64,000 nucleotides of DNA. Source: Prochlorococcus sp. AG-424-P23. Its GTDB lineage: Bacteria > Cyanobacteriota > Cyanobacteriia > PCC-6307 > Cyanobiaceae. Below the pieces are notes generated by a model, which made no database searches, was not told where the DNA came from, and saw nothing but the letters and a program-made list of their open reading frames with translations. The position numbers and the translations under genes are program-made. The stretch lies in contig QCNK01000005.1 in the NCBI GenBank assembly GCA_003210135.1, forward strand, positions 9,683 to 73,682. Reading direction: 5' to 3'. The stretch's first letter is position 1. Each line of letters begins with the position of its first letter. This document shows, one piece after another, positions 31,637 through 40,898 of this stretch.

Positions 31637-32724
31637 GAAAAAAACTTTAAAAATAATGAATCCTCTACGTCATCATATATATCTACTGCACCAATTTCTT
31701 TCGGTAATATAAATCTCATTTTGCCATCACGAACTTTTTTATCGCCCATAAGTATTGTAAGAACGTCTTCTTTATTTATTTTGGGGATCTCTGTAGGAAG
31801 ATCATAACTCTCTAATAGAATTTGCTGTCTTTCTAATTCTTTTTTAGACCATAACCCTTTTTCAATTGCTATTTCTCCCGCAATATTCATACCAATTGAT
31901 ATTGCCTCACCATGTAGAAATTTGCCGTATCCGCATAAATTTTCAATAACGTGACCAAAAGAATGACCATAATTCAATATTGCTCTAATACCATTTTCAT
32001 GTTCGTCTTGAGAAACAATATGAGACTTTGTTTTTATTGAACTATTAATTATTTTAATTAGATATTCATTCTTGAGATTTATAAGTTCATTCTTGTTTTT
32101 TTCAATTTCTAAGTATTCGAAAAGTTCCTTGTCTCTTATTACTCCGTATTTTATTACTTCTGCCATGCCTGCATTAAATTCTCTTTTGGGCAAACTTTTT
32201 AAAGTTTCTGGATCAATAAAAACTGCTTTAGGTTGATTGAAAGCCCCAATTAAATTCTTACCTTTTGGATGATTTACTCCTGTTTTCCCTCCCACAGATG
32301 AATCAACCATTGATAATAATGTTGTTGGAATCTGAATATATTCGATACCTCTTAGCCAAGTAGCAGCTGCAAAACCACTTACATCTCCAACAATTCCTCC
32401 TCCAAGGGCAATAATTATAGAATTTCTATCTAAGCCAAATTCAAATGCAATATCATATATTTCACTCAAGGTTTTTAAGTTTTTATATGATTCTCCAGTC
32501 TTAATAAGGAACATTTTGGCCTGAAATTGATTATCATTTAAATTATTTAGGAATTTTTCACCATACAAATTTGATATTTCTTCATTTGAAATCACAAGTA
32601 TTTTTCTTTTCTTTGTTATTCCAATTTTTAAGAGTTCTTCGCTGATATTATTCAGTATCCCTGCTTCTACAGTTACTTCGTATGACTTATCACCTAATGG
32701 GACTAATATTTTTGTCTTATTCAC
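31633..32724 (-). CDS. aroB: 3-dehydroquinate synthase
   Basis: [33 protein letters not shown]. Confidence 0.97.
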   Translation of the reverse strand: MNKTKILVPLGDKSYEVTVEAGILNNISEELLKIGITKKRKILVISNEEISNLYGEKFLNNLNDNQFQAKMFLIKTGESYKNLKTLSEIYDIAFEFGLDRNSIIIALGGGIVGDVSGFAAATWLRGIEYIQIPTTLLSMVDSSVGGKTGVNHPKGKNLIGAFNQPKAVFIDPETLKSLPKREFNAGMAEVIKYGVIRDKELFEYLEIEKNKNELINLKNEYLIKIINSSIKTKSHIVSQDEHENGIRAILNYGHSFGHVIENLCGYGKFLHGEAISIGMNIAGEIAIEKGLWSKKELERQQILLESYDLPTEIPKINKEDVLTILMGDKKVRDGKMRFILPKEIGAVDIYDDVEDSLFLKFFS

Positions 32725-32849
32725 AATTGATTACCTAGTTAAAATTTATAAATATTTGGTATTAAATACTTTATATATTAGCAAAATCTAAGCTCTAGAT
32801 ACTTAAAAATTCAGTTGTTAAGAATTAGAAATGGTAATAAAATCATGCT

Positions 32850-34040
32850 ATGAGTTTAAAAAAAAATATAAAAGATATTAAGAAAAATTATTCCCTAGGA
32901 ATAATTGGAGGTGGTCAACTGGCATTGATGTTGGCCGAGGCAGCAAAAAAAAGAGATTTAGAAGTATGTGTGCAAACAAAATCTTGTGATGATCCTGCTG
33001 GTTCAAAAGCAGATCATGTCATAGAAGCTGATCCTTTAAAGATAAGAGGTAATAAATCATTAATTAATGAGTGTGAAAAAATAATTTTTGAAAATGAATG
33101 GATAAAAATTGATAAATTAAATTTAATTGGCAATAAAGATATTTTTGTTCCAAGCCTTAATGCTATTAAGCCATTAGTAGATAGGTTTTCTCAAAAAAAA
33201 TTAATAGATAGAATGAATATTCCCTGTCCAAAATGGATAAGTATTGAAAATTTTAAAAATCTCTCGGATGAGGAAATCAATAATTGGAATTTTCCTCTAA
33301 TGGCAAAATCAAATAAAGGTGGATATGACGGTAAGGGGAACAAAAAAATAAAGACAAAAGAAGATTTAGATTCTTTTTTAACAGAGAATAATTCTGATGA
33401 ATGGTTAATAGAAGAATGGATAGAGTATGAAAAAGAACTAGCTCTCGTTGGTTCGAGAGATAGGACCGGTAAGATAAGATTCTTTCCAATAGTTGAGACA
33501 TTCCAATCAAATCATGTTTGTGATTGGGTTCTTGCACCTGGAACAAATGAATATGATTTGAACTTATTTGCAATAAATATTTTCTCTTCAATAGTCAATG
33601 AACTTAATTACATTGGAGTTCTAGCTATTGAATTCTTCTATGGAGATAATGGTCTTTTAATTAATGAAATAGCTCCTAGAACTCATAATTCAGCTCATTT
33701 CTCTATTGAAGCTTGTACCTCAAGTCAGTTTGATCAATATGTTTGCATCTCTTCTGGGATAATGCCACCTGAAATTAAAATGAACTGTGAAGGGGCAATT
33801 ATGATAAATCTACTGGGATTAAGAAAGAATTTCCCAATCTCAATTGAAACCAGAATAAAAATGTTATCTGAAATTGAGGGTTCTAATATTCATTGTTATG
33901 GCAAATCTCGAGAAATTCTAGGAAGAAAAATGGCTCACATCACATTTTTATTAAATGGTAAAACGCATTCAGAGAGATATGACGAGGCACAAGTTTTGTT
34001 AACTATGGTAAGAGACATCTGGCCATCTCCAAATGGATAA
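32850..34040 (+). CDS. purK: N5-CAIR synthetase
   Basis: GGGQLA, GGYDGKG, NEIAPRTHNS, RKMAHI. Confidence 0.95.
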   Translation: MSLKKNIKDIKKNYSLGIIGGGQLALMLAEAAKKRDLEVCVQTKSCDDPAGSKADHVIEADPLKIRGNKSLINECEKIIFENEWIKIDKLNLIGNKDIFVPSLNAIKPLVDRFSQKKLIDRMNIPCPKWISIENFKNLSDEEINNWNFPLMAKSNKGGYDGKGNKKIKTKEDLDSFLTENNSDEWLIEEWIEYEKELALVGSRDRTGKIRFFPIVETFQSNHVCDWVLAPGTNEYDLNLFAINIFSSIVNELNYIGVLAIEFFYGDNGLLINEIAPRTHNSAHFSIEACTSSQFDQYVCISSGIMPPEIKMNCEGAIMINLLGLRKNFPISIETRIKMLSEIEGSNIHCYGKSREILGRKMAHITFLLNGKTHSERYDEAQVLLTMVRDIWPSPNG

Positions 34041-34062
34041 AAAAATAAGTTAGAGTTAAGTT

Positions 34063-34236
34063 ACTGGATCTTTGGTTAAGTTCTTCTTTATGTGCTCTGA
34101 TCTGACTCTCTTTCGACATGAGGAGACTGTCGTGATGCGGTAGTAAACCGATCTTGTAATCGGAAACGAAAGCCCACTTTGAATCCTCTTCTGGCATTTC
34201 CAGGTCGATGCAGCAGAGAACTGACGGGGATCCGGT
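34063..34236 (+). ncRNA. ssrS: 6S RNA (SsaA/Yfr7)
   Basis: Ends pair (ACTGGATC...GATCCGGT); CTCTGATCTG and CTTTGAATC elements; immediately 3' of purK, the known cyanobacterial position. Confidence 0.87.
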
Positions 34237-34619
34237 AAACCTCTTAAAAGCTCGTTATATCAACGGTTTTTGAGGGGTCTTTTAATTATTGATAATTTCC
34301 CCAGCCTCTTGTTTAGTTATTGGCTCAATAGGATTAGTGTCAAGACTATTGGGATCTCGCTTTTTTATATTTTTTTCCATAGTTATTTTTCAAAAATCCA
34401 TTTTAAGTAATTTTTTTTAATTTCAGCAATTCCCAAAATTGTTCTTGAGAAAACTGGCAAACCAGCAACTCCAGAATTTATTGAAGGTACGACAAAATCA
34501 TTCGCACTTTTGTGGATATTGACTTATGAAACGATTATTAAACAAGGGAAATAATTACAATTTCTGGTAATAATAGAAGTTATTTTTGATGAGTGTAAAT
34601 AATTTGTTTACCAAAATAC

Positions 34620-34666
34620 TTGACGATCCATTTCTAATGTATTTATATTAGTAGTACACATGTATT
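34620..34666 (+). promoter_or_regulatory. Sigma70-type promoter with LexA-box-like site
   Basis: TTGACG (34620)-18 nt-TATATT (34644); AGTAC-ACA-TGTATT at 34653-34666. Confidence 0.65.
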
Positions 34667-34674
34667 ATTAATTA

Positions 34675-34974
34675 ATGACTTTAGGAGGAGCTAATGTTTG
34701 GACTAATTTTTCTTACGGTTATCGTAATGAGTCCCCAAGTGGTTGGTTGCTTAGCCCAGACCGCAACAGATTAATTTTATTTATAAGGAATAAAAAATCT
34801 CCAAGAAATAGTATGAGAATTTTTGTTCATACATATTATGCAAATGATCGTGGTGAGCCAATGGCAATTAAATCATCAACTCAAATGTATTTGGATAATG
34901 CTTGGGATAAATGGCATGACCTTCAATTAGAAGGTTGGACTTTTGAAGAACTTGAATTACCTGAATCTGTATGA
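34675..34974 (+). CDS. DUF1651 family protein, copy 1
   Basis: PSGWLL...YANDRGEP..IKS...W..L..EGW. Confidence 0.82.
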   Translation: MTLGGANVWTNFSYGYRNESPSGWLLSPDRNRLILFIRNKKSPRNSMRIFVHTYYANDRGEPMAIKSSTQMYLDNAWDKWHDLQLEGWTFEELELPESV

Positions 34975-35111
34975 CTAACTTAAATCCAATCAAAAAGAAA
35001 TTATCAAAAGTAGATAGAAAGATATCTATGCAAGACCCATCAAAATTATTAGCAGAATTTTTTAATGGTGTTGTCATTGAACTTGATGAAGAATATAAAC
35101 ATGACTCATAA
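34971..35111 (+). CDS. Small hypothetical protein (46 aa)
   Basis: ATGA overlap with DUF1651 stop; MTNLNPIKKK...ELDEEYKHDS. Confidence 0.6.
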   Translation: MTNLNPIKKKLSKVDRKISMQDPSKLLAEFFNGVVIELDEEYKHDS

Positions 35112-35253
35112 AGAATTGATAGATCAAGTTTCCGCAAATTTATTTAAACAAAGTGGAAAGTTAGAGAGCAGAAGATCTTGGTTGGCAATGAGAAATTACC
35201 TTGAACAATTAGATAGCGAACAACTTAAATCCATGCTTGAGGACCACGGATGA
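35101..35253 (+). CDS. Small hypothetical protein (50 aa)
   Basis: MTHKELIDQVSANLFKQSG...; start moved to in-frame ATG 35101 overlapping the previous ORF end. Confidence 0.62.
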   Translation: MTHKELIDQVSANLFKQSGKLESRRSWLAMRNYLEQLDSEQLKSMLEDHG

Positions 35254-35376
35254 TTTAAAAACTTTATTTAGTTTTTATTTTTTTCTTAATTCTTAGAAAA
35301 CCGTAAGTTGCAAAGCCAACCAAAAACATGTCCAAGTAAATATGCCAAGTAGGAAAAATCTGGTGTATTAATTCCA

Positions 35377-36126
35377 TTAACTTTTTATTGCTACTTGCCA
35401 ATAAGGATAATCTATATTTGATTTTTCTCTAATTAATTGTAATTTTCTAGAATTTATTTTTACTACTATTCCATCTGTTGGATATTTACTAAAAAGCTTC
35501 CCTTCTAGCCATTGTTTTCGAAATACTTCGACTTGGCTCGTAAAGTTGCATGAAATATCTTGAGGTATTGTGAAGCCTAGCTTAGAAAGACTCTTTTTGG
35601 ACTCATATTGGTTAAGTGTTGAATTAAGTATTTGAAATGCGCAGAAGCTAAGACTTTCAGAAAATCCCTCTTTAGCTCTTAGAAATCCAGAAGCGATTCT
35701 CTGGGAGGTATTTGGACTTTGGTTGGGTGCGTATAATTCACCTCTAACTTGAAGAACTCCTAGTAAAGGGAGATTATTGGGAATGTCTTGGACTTTAACA
35801 AGTTTACTAGTAACGTCTGTCCCTTTTCTTGAAATTGCTTTCTCCAAGGTTCCATCCCTATATTGCAAAGCAACAGCACAACCATCAATTTTCGGTTCAA
35901 TTAATAATCTGGTATTAGCTAATAATCCTTTCAAAAATTCATCTATTGAATCCTTTTCTAATGAGGGTAAAACTAGTTTATTTTTCTTTTTAAAGTAATC
36001 ACAATTAGGGTTTATTCTTAATAAATTCTTTTCAAGTTGATCGAACTGCTTATCAGAGATTAAAGCATTACCATTTCTATAATTATCGTCATACCATTCG
36101 ATTCGTTCTTCTAAATAAGTCTTCAT
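35377..36126 (-). CDS. NAD-dependent DNA ligase, adenylation domain only
   Basis: Domain Ia (WYDDNYRNG..LISDKQFDQLE), EPKIDG, VRGELY, PTDGIVVKI, WQVAIK then stop; no OB/Zn/HhH/BRCT. Confidence 0.88.
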   Translation of the reverse strand: MKTYLEERIEWYDDNYRNGNALISDKQFDQLEKNLLRINPNCDYFKKKNKLVLPSLEKDSIDEFLKGLLANTRLLIEPKIDGCAVALQYRDGTLEKAISRKGTDVTSKLVKVQDIPNNLPLLGVLQVRGELYAPNQSPNTSQRIASGFLRAKEGFSESLSFCAFQILNSTLNQYESKKSLSKLGFTIPQDISCNFTSQVEVFRKQWLEGKLFSKYPTDGIVVKINSRKLQLIREKSNIDYPYWQVAIKS

Positions 36127-36333
36127 TTAATTCGATGGGTTAAGCTTTTGGCTAGGTATCCAACTTGGTTTATCTATGATCCATTTTTCTCTATCTTCAT
36201 ATTTAACAGTCCATAAAAGAAATGAAGAAATTTGTTTTAAGGATACTCCCAAAATGTATCTTGTTTTTGGACTTATTGACATAAATCCAAATAATAATAT
36301 TAATAAAATTAGTTTGAATACAAACTTGATCAT
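36127..36333 (-). CDS. Small membrane protein (68 aa)
   Basis: N-terminal TM; stop codon abuts the ligase ATG. Confidence 0.65.
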   Translation of the reverse strand: MIKFVFKLILLILLFGFMSISPKTRYILGVSLKQISSFLLWTVKYEDREKWIIDKPSWIPSQKLNPSN

Positions 36334-36363
36334 TCAAAAATAAGCATAATTCTTGCTAACTTT

Positions 36364-36621
36364 TTATTTTATGCAATTTTTATAACCTTCAATCTTTGAA
36401 AGGTCATCAATGTTCAAGCCTGTCTCTTTTAATAAATTTTCTTCTATATTATCTTTTTTAAATTTAGTTAATGCACCCTTAGTAGAGTACTTAATGCATA
36501 GGTTTTTATATTTTGCTTCTTTGACAACAGGAAATAAATAAAAACCAAATAAGACGATAAAAGCTCCATAGGTTACAACTTTTCTATGGTTTTTCCACCA
36601 TTCGTAAAATTTATTGGACAC
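36364..36621 (-). CDS. Small membrane protein (85 aa)
   Basis: TM segment, two Cys. Confidence 0.62.
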   Translation of the reverse strand: MSNKFYEWWKNHRKVVTYGAFIVLFGFYLFPVVKEAKYKNLCIKYSTKGALTKFKKDNIEENLLKETGLNIDDLSKIEGYKNCIK

Positions 36622-36696
36622 GAAAAAATTAAATAACTAGCTATATTTTAAATTCATTGTCAACTAAGTAATTTAGGAGTTATAGGGATTCTTAAT

Positions 36697-36927
36697 TTAT
36701 TGATTATTGTTAATGGATCTTACCCATGAATAATATCTAGACTTTCTGATCCTTTGTTCTTTAGATACTAATCTATCTGCAGATTCTAGAGGTGATTCAC
36801 CTTTCTCTACTTTTGTTGTAATTGATATCCCAAAACCTTTTGCTTCAATTTTTGCAATCCCACCTTCTAAGAAAAATAGGAAAGACCAACCTTTGTTCCA
36901 TCCTAAGTAGAAGGGATTTCGATGCAT
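36697..36927 (-). CDS. Conserved-looking hypothetical protein (76 aa)
   Basis: ATG ORF, GWNKGWSFLFFLEGG. Confidence 0.65.
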   Translation of the reverse strand: MHRNPFYLGWNKGWSFLFFLEGGIAKIEAKGFGISITTKVEKGESPLESADRLVSKEQRIRKSRYYSWVRSINNNQ

Positions 36928-37064
36928 TTTTTTATGGATTTACTTTTAATGATATTTTCATCTTGGGCGACATACTTGTATACGCTATTACCAAATAAGG
37001 AGTTGAGGAAGGCTTATTTCTGAAAAGGAATTTTTGTTTTTAAATAATTATTAAGAAAAAGTAC

Positions 37065-37110
37065 TTGACGCTGGCTAGTAGTACATTTATATTAATAGTA
37101 CAACTGTATT
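37065..37110 (+). promoter_or_regulatory. Sigma70-type promoter with LexA-box-like site
   Basis: TTGACG (37065)-17 nt-TATATT (37088); AGTAC-AAC-TGTATT at 37097-37110. Confidence 0.65.
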
Positions 37111-37116
37111 ATTCTT

Positions 37117-37407
37117 ATGACATCAGGAGTTGATAATGTTCGGACTAATCTTTCTCGCGGCTGTCTTATTGACCCCCCAAGTGGCTGGTTATTTAACAAA
37201 AAAAGTGGTTTATTAATTTTTTTTGAGAGTAATAAGAAATCTGTATCTAATAGTTTAAAAGTTTATACCCACCTTTTTTATGCAAATGAATTAGGTGAAC
37301 CAACCCAAATTAAAAATTCAAGACTTCAATCTATTGAGTGTGCTTGTGAAACATGGAATGAATTAATTTCAGGAGGTTGGCAAATTGTTACTAATAAATT
37401 CCAGTAA
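37117..37407 (+). CDS. DUF1651 family protein, copy 2
   Basis: Aligns without gaps to copy 1 (38/88 identical, hand count). Confidence 0.82.
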   Translation: MTSGVDNVRTNLSRGCLIDPPSGWLFNKKSGLLIFFESNKKSVSNSLKVYTHLFYANELGEPTQIKNSRLQSIECACETWNELISGGWQIVTNKFQ

Positions 37408-37409
37408 TC

Positions 37410-37643
37410 ATGGTCAAGGTAAATCCGTCAAAATGGGAATATCTAAAAGAATCTACCCTAAAACGAAAAAGAACAAAGATTTGTATTACTTGCAATCACT
37501 TTCGCTACAGCACTACAGAAACTTTTGCTACTATCTTGATCTGTCCAAGATACGAAAAACTCATACCGCAGGGTGATCACTTACTTAAAGGTTGTGAGTA
37601 TTGGCAAAAAAATAGGACGATATTTTCTCCTGAGGCCTCTTAA
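37410..37643 (+). CDS. Small Cys-rich putative metal-binding protein (77 aa)
   Basis: CITCNHF...CPRY...GCEYW; 2 nt after DUF1651 copy 2. Confidence 0.65.
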   Translation: MVKVNPSKWEYLKESTLKRKRTKICITCNHFRYSTTETFATILICPRYEKLIPQGDHLLKGCEYWQKNRTIFSPEAS

Positions 37644-38143
37644 TATTGCTTTAATAAAAATTTTCTAGGTAAAGATATTTAATTATGTAAACAAAGCATT
37701 ATTTTATACAACTTCAAAAAATCTTTTTAAGTACTTTGTCTAATATGATCCAATTTTACTTCTCCATATTTCTATTAGTTGTGCTTACATTTTTTGCACT
37801 TCTATTAGATGCACCTGAATTGGCTTCTTTAATTCAAACATTTTAGAAAATAATAAATCAGCATTTTTACTGATTTACTTTCTTTATAAGTAAGGCCTAG
37901 GTTTAATTTGTTGAATAGGAGGGATCTAATGATTGACAGTCCGCCAGAGGAGTTAGATTATAAAATTTAAATCTAGATAAAACTAATGCTAAATCTGGAA
38001 TGAATCTTCTTTTTGAGATTCATTCCTTTTTAAATTCTTTCTAAAAAAAATGTGAAAATATAAATATTAAATTTTTATAGAAAAAAAATTTTTCATATTA
38101 ATAATGATTTGATTCAAAGTCACTTCTTAGAAAGTGGTTAACT

Positions 38144-38326
38144 TTACCTGAATCCAAAACCAGTTTTTTGTTCTTCTTTTTCTTCCCATTCATTCATAAT
38201 TTGTTTTAGTAAATTTTTAACTTCTAAATTCGAAGCATCAGTATCTTTTTGAAGATTTATACAAATATTTTTAATTTCCTCAAAAGCATTTTCGATTAAA
38301 ATTGTTTTTTGATCTGGATTAGCCAT
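38144..38326 (-). CDS. Hypothetical protein (60 aa)
   Basis: ATG ORF ending GFGFR. Confidence 0.65.
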   Translation of the reverse strand: MANPDQKTILIENAFEEIKNICINLQKDTDASNLEVKNLLKQIMNEWEEKEEQKTGFGFR

Positions 38327-38332
38327 AGGATT

Positions 38333-38530
38333 TTAGAAAGCTCCATTACAGTTAAAACCACTGCAGTTAATGATCCTAAAAATGTTCATTATGAAATTAT
38401 GGAATCTTTCATCAAAAAAAAATGCCCAGGTCGTAAATATTGCAAAACCAGAAACAGCAAAAGCAGCATATTGAAGCCAATGTATTCCATAGCTATCTAT
38501 TCCATTTTTATCAAAATCAGAATTACTCAA
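38333..38530 (-). CDS. Small membrane protein (65 aa)
   Basis: TM segment WLQYAAFAVSGFAIFTTWAFFF. Confidence 0.6.
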   Translation of the reverse strand: MSNSDFDKNGIDSYGIHWLQYAAFAVSGFAIFTTWAFFFDERFHNFIMNIFRIINCSGFNCNGAF

Positions 38531-38628
38531 ATGCTTTTTTTTTCTATAATAAAAATTTTTTTTTTAAAAGGAGAGTTTGTTTTGAACGATAAACTTATTT
38601 CTTCTTGGATCTTAGATGTATTAATCGC

Positions 38629-38883
38629 TTAAATAAACCCTGGAATTATCCACCCAAAAAAACCATAATTTATTATTAGAGCTAAAAACCCAATCATAGC
38701 TAGTCTACCATTTGTTATTTCGGCATTTTCCCAATATTTAAATGTATAATTTTTAATTATTTTTGATTTTTGATCTATCAAATAATCTGGTTCTAAAGGT
38801 TCCTGTAATCTCTTGATCGCATATAAAGAGAATTGAACTGTAATTGCGATAATAACAATTATAAAACTAGTAAGAGCATCCAT
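38629..38883 (-). CDS. hli: High-light-inducible protein with N-terminal extension
   Basis: AEITNGRLAMIGF chlorophyll-binding motif. Confidence 0.9.
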   Translation of the reverse strand: MDALTSFIIVIIAITVQFSLYAIKRLQEPLEPDYLIDQKSKIIKNYTFKYWENAEITNGRLAMIGFLALIINYGFFGWIIPGFI

Positions 38884-39403
38884 GTTGTGATTTCATTTGT
38901 GTTCAATTAGTCAGCCAAAAAGTAAATAACTTTTTATGAATGAATCATTTCCTCATATCTGCTTTATTGACAGAGGGCAACTTAACCTGAATTATTAACA
39001 AATGTAACATATTTTAAAAATTATAGTATGAATCCTTACTTTTTCTTTGGATTTGACATATAAAAAATACTTTAATGTTACATAAATGTATCAGTGATAT
39101 TAAAGTTGCAGCCTTAATAGAATTAAAAGATTAATTTTAGAATTTCATCGCCTATATCAAACGAGGTGTTGTAATTTTTTTTAGTATTAAATTACCAATA
39201 TGAATGGTTTAATAGGATACCTATTACTGAGATTATTTTTGTTTAATTTCGGGAAGATAGAATTTATTGCCTAATGTATAACCTATTGACATAAGTACGA
39301 ATCCAATAAGTTGAGGTAAATGGGAATTTGCAATAGAAATTTTTTCAATCATCTCTCAATCCATAAAACAACATAATAATAAAAAATATTTAATTCTGTA
39401 AGT

Positions 39404-39577
39404 CTAAGTTTTCTTTGATTCTTTAATTTCACCAGATTTTCTTAGTGAATTAACAAGTCTTTCATTTTCTGTTTTTAAATTATCTAATGCAGATTTTGTG
39501 AATTGTTCTTTAGCCTCAAATTTTGCTGAACGTATAACTTTTTTATTAGGAAGTTTTTTCTTAGGTTCTGGCTTCAT
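39404..39577 (-). CDS. Small basic hypothetical protein (57 aa)
   Basis: Translated by hand: MKPEPKKKLPNKKVIRSAKFEAKEQFTKSALDNLKTENERLVNSLRKSGEIKESKKT. Confidence 0.5.
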   Translation of the reverse strand: MKPEPKKKLPNKKVIRSAKFEAKEQFTKSALDNLKTENERLVNSLRKSGEIKESKKT

Positions 39578-39675
39578 ATTAAACAGATTTTTAAAAATAT
39601 TAGAAGTTATTTTTTTCGTATTAGGTATTATTTTTTACAGTTTACTGGTTAATAATATTTGTTTACAAAAACAAA

Positions 39676-39888
39676 TTAATCTTTATCTTTTGGGAGTCTT
39701 AACCATCCAGTAGTCCATTCTGAACTTAGTTTTGCCCATGAGATCCTTTTAATATCTTTTTTATTTTTGGTAGGAAAAATATCAACCCATCTATCTTCAT
39801 TTTTACCACCATAGGCTTTAACTTGAAAATGCCTATTACAATTAATAGTTTTTGGTGCTGTCCAACATAGAGTAGGAGGCCATTTCAT
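39676..39888 (-). CDS. TIGR02450 family Trp-rich protein
   Basis: WTA...RHFQV...ISWAKL..EWTTGW. Confidence 0.82.
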   Translation of the reverse strand: MKWPPTLCWTAPKTINCNRHFQVKAYGGKNEDRWVDIFPTKNKKDIKRISWAKLSSEWTTGWLRLPKDKD

Positions 39889-39914
39889 TAGAAACTTTTT
39901 CAGAGTTAAAAAAA

Positions 39915-40001
39915 CTAAAGATTGCTCTGGCCAGTCAAAACTAAACCATAATATGCAATCGTACCAAGAATAAGTACGATACCTAGTATTCTAATAATCA
40001 T
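39915..40001 (-). CDS. 28-aa hydrophobic peptide
   Basis: MIIRILGIVLILGTIAYYGLVLTGQSNL. Confidence 0.4.
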   Translation of the reverse strand: MIIRILGIVLILGTIAYYGLVLTGQSNL

Positions 40002-40061
40002 GCTTTTGTATTTTTAAATTCAAATTATATTAAAGAAGTTTTGTAAATTTTAGTTGAAGAT

Positions 40062-40280
40062 TTAATATTTTCTAATTTTCCTTTTTTTATTCCTAACTAT
40101 GGAGTGGCAAGATTCAGGATGCCATTCATTCTGAATCTTGCCAATAAAATCATAAATAAATGAATCAGGACATCCAGTTTCTTCTTGCAGTTCTGAAAGT
40201 TCTTTTTTAATGAATTCATATACACTCGTTATTATCCCTAAATTTTCTTCTTGGGAGGGCGCCCATTTTTTATTCTCCAT
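40062..40280 (-). CDS. Hypothetical protein (72 aa)
   Basis: ATG ORF overlapping the upstream ORF end. Confidence 0.62.
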   Translation of the reverse strand: MENKKWAPSQEENLGIITSVYEFIKKELSELQEETGCPDSFIYDFIGKIQNEWHPESCHSIVRNKKRKIRKY

Positions 40281-40461
40281 CGATATTTTTTAAATTATTT
40301 TCCTCAATATCGTAATAGGTTATGTCTCCATAATCAGCATCTGAACAACATAAATCGCCATATAGTTCCTCCAGCAAATCGTATGCATCTGAATACTTAT
40401 CAAAACTTTGAGCGGTTAATTCGTCATCTTTCCCATCAATTCTAATTATTTTGTAGGTCAT
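40270..40461 (-). CDS. Small acidic hypothetical protein (63 aa)
   Basis: ATG ORF, YGDLCCSDADY. Confidence 0.62.
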   Translation of the reverse strand: MTYKIIRIDGKDDELTAQSFDKYSDAYDLLEELYGDLCCSDADYGDITYYDIEENNLKNIDGE

Positions 40462-40521
40462 ATTTTACTCAGATGAAAAAGAATTTTTTTTATTTATAAG
40501 ATCATCTTATAAATAAAAATC

Positions 40522-40728
40522 TTATTTAGGAGTATTGGTTGGGTAAAGCTTCTGAATTTTATTTTTCTGAATTTCTATTTTTCTTTGTTCATATTTTTTT
40601 GTCATTAATTTTCTTATAAATAATTGTGGGATAAGCCAAACTAATGCTATTGCTATAGCCATGAAAGCAGGATTTCTCCACGTTAACCTAATGATCTCTT
40701 GTATAAATTCTTGATTGAAAATTTCCAT
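40522..40728 (-). CDS. Small membrane protein (68 aa)
   Basis: WRNPAFMAIAIALVWLIPQLFI TM segment. Confidence 0.65.
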   Translation of the reverse strand: MEIFNQEFIQEIIRLTWRNPAFMAIAIALVWLIPQLFIRKLMTKKYEQRKIEIQKNKIQKLYPTNTPK

Positions 40729-40898
40729 ACATTAAATTTTTTATGCTAAATATATTTGCTTTCCTTTATAAAATTTTAATTACCATAAATTATTATAACC
40801 TTAAAAAAAACTTATAAGGAATTTAATAATTATTTCTTTTTCTAGTTTGTTTTTTTTATATTTGGATTTAGATTAGCTATTTATTTTTTAGATTAAAG

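Noticed and set aside
34003-34197. 64-aa minus-strand ORF
   Set aside because: Lies antisense to the 6S RNA and the purK end; explained by the RNA gene.
38981-39100. HLR1 (RpaB) or NtcA sites upstream of hli
   Set aside because: GTTACATT-GTTAATAA spacing is one base short of HLR1, and the TGTTACATAAATGTATCA palindrome does not fit GTA-N8-TAC.
39130-39352. Possible frameshifted membrane-protein pseudogene (MIEKISIANSHLPQ... stops after 39 aa in an A-run)
   Set aside because: Downstream frames look hydrophobic, but without a homologue alignment a pseudogene call is unsupported.
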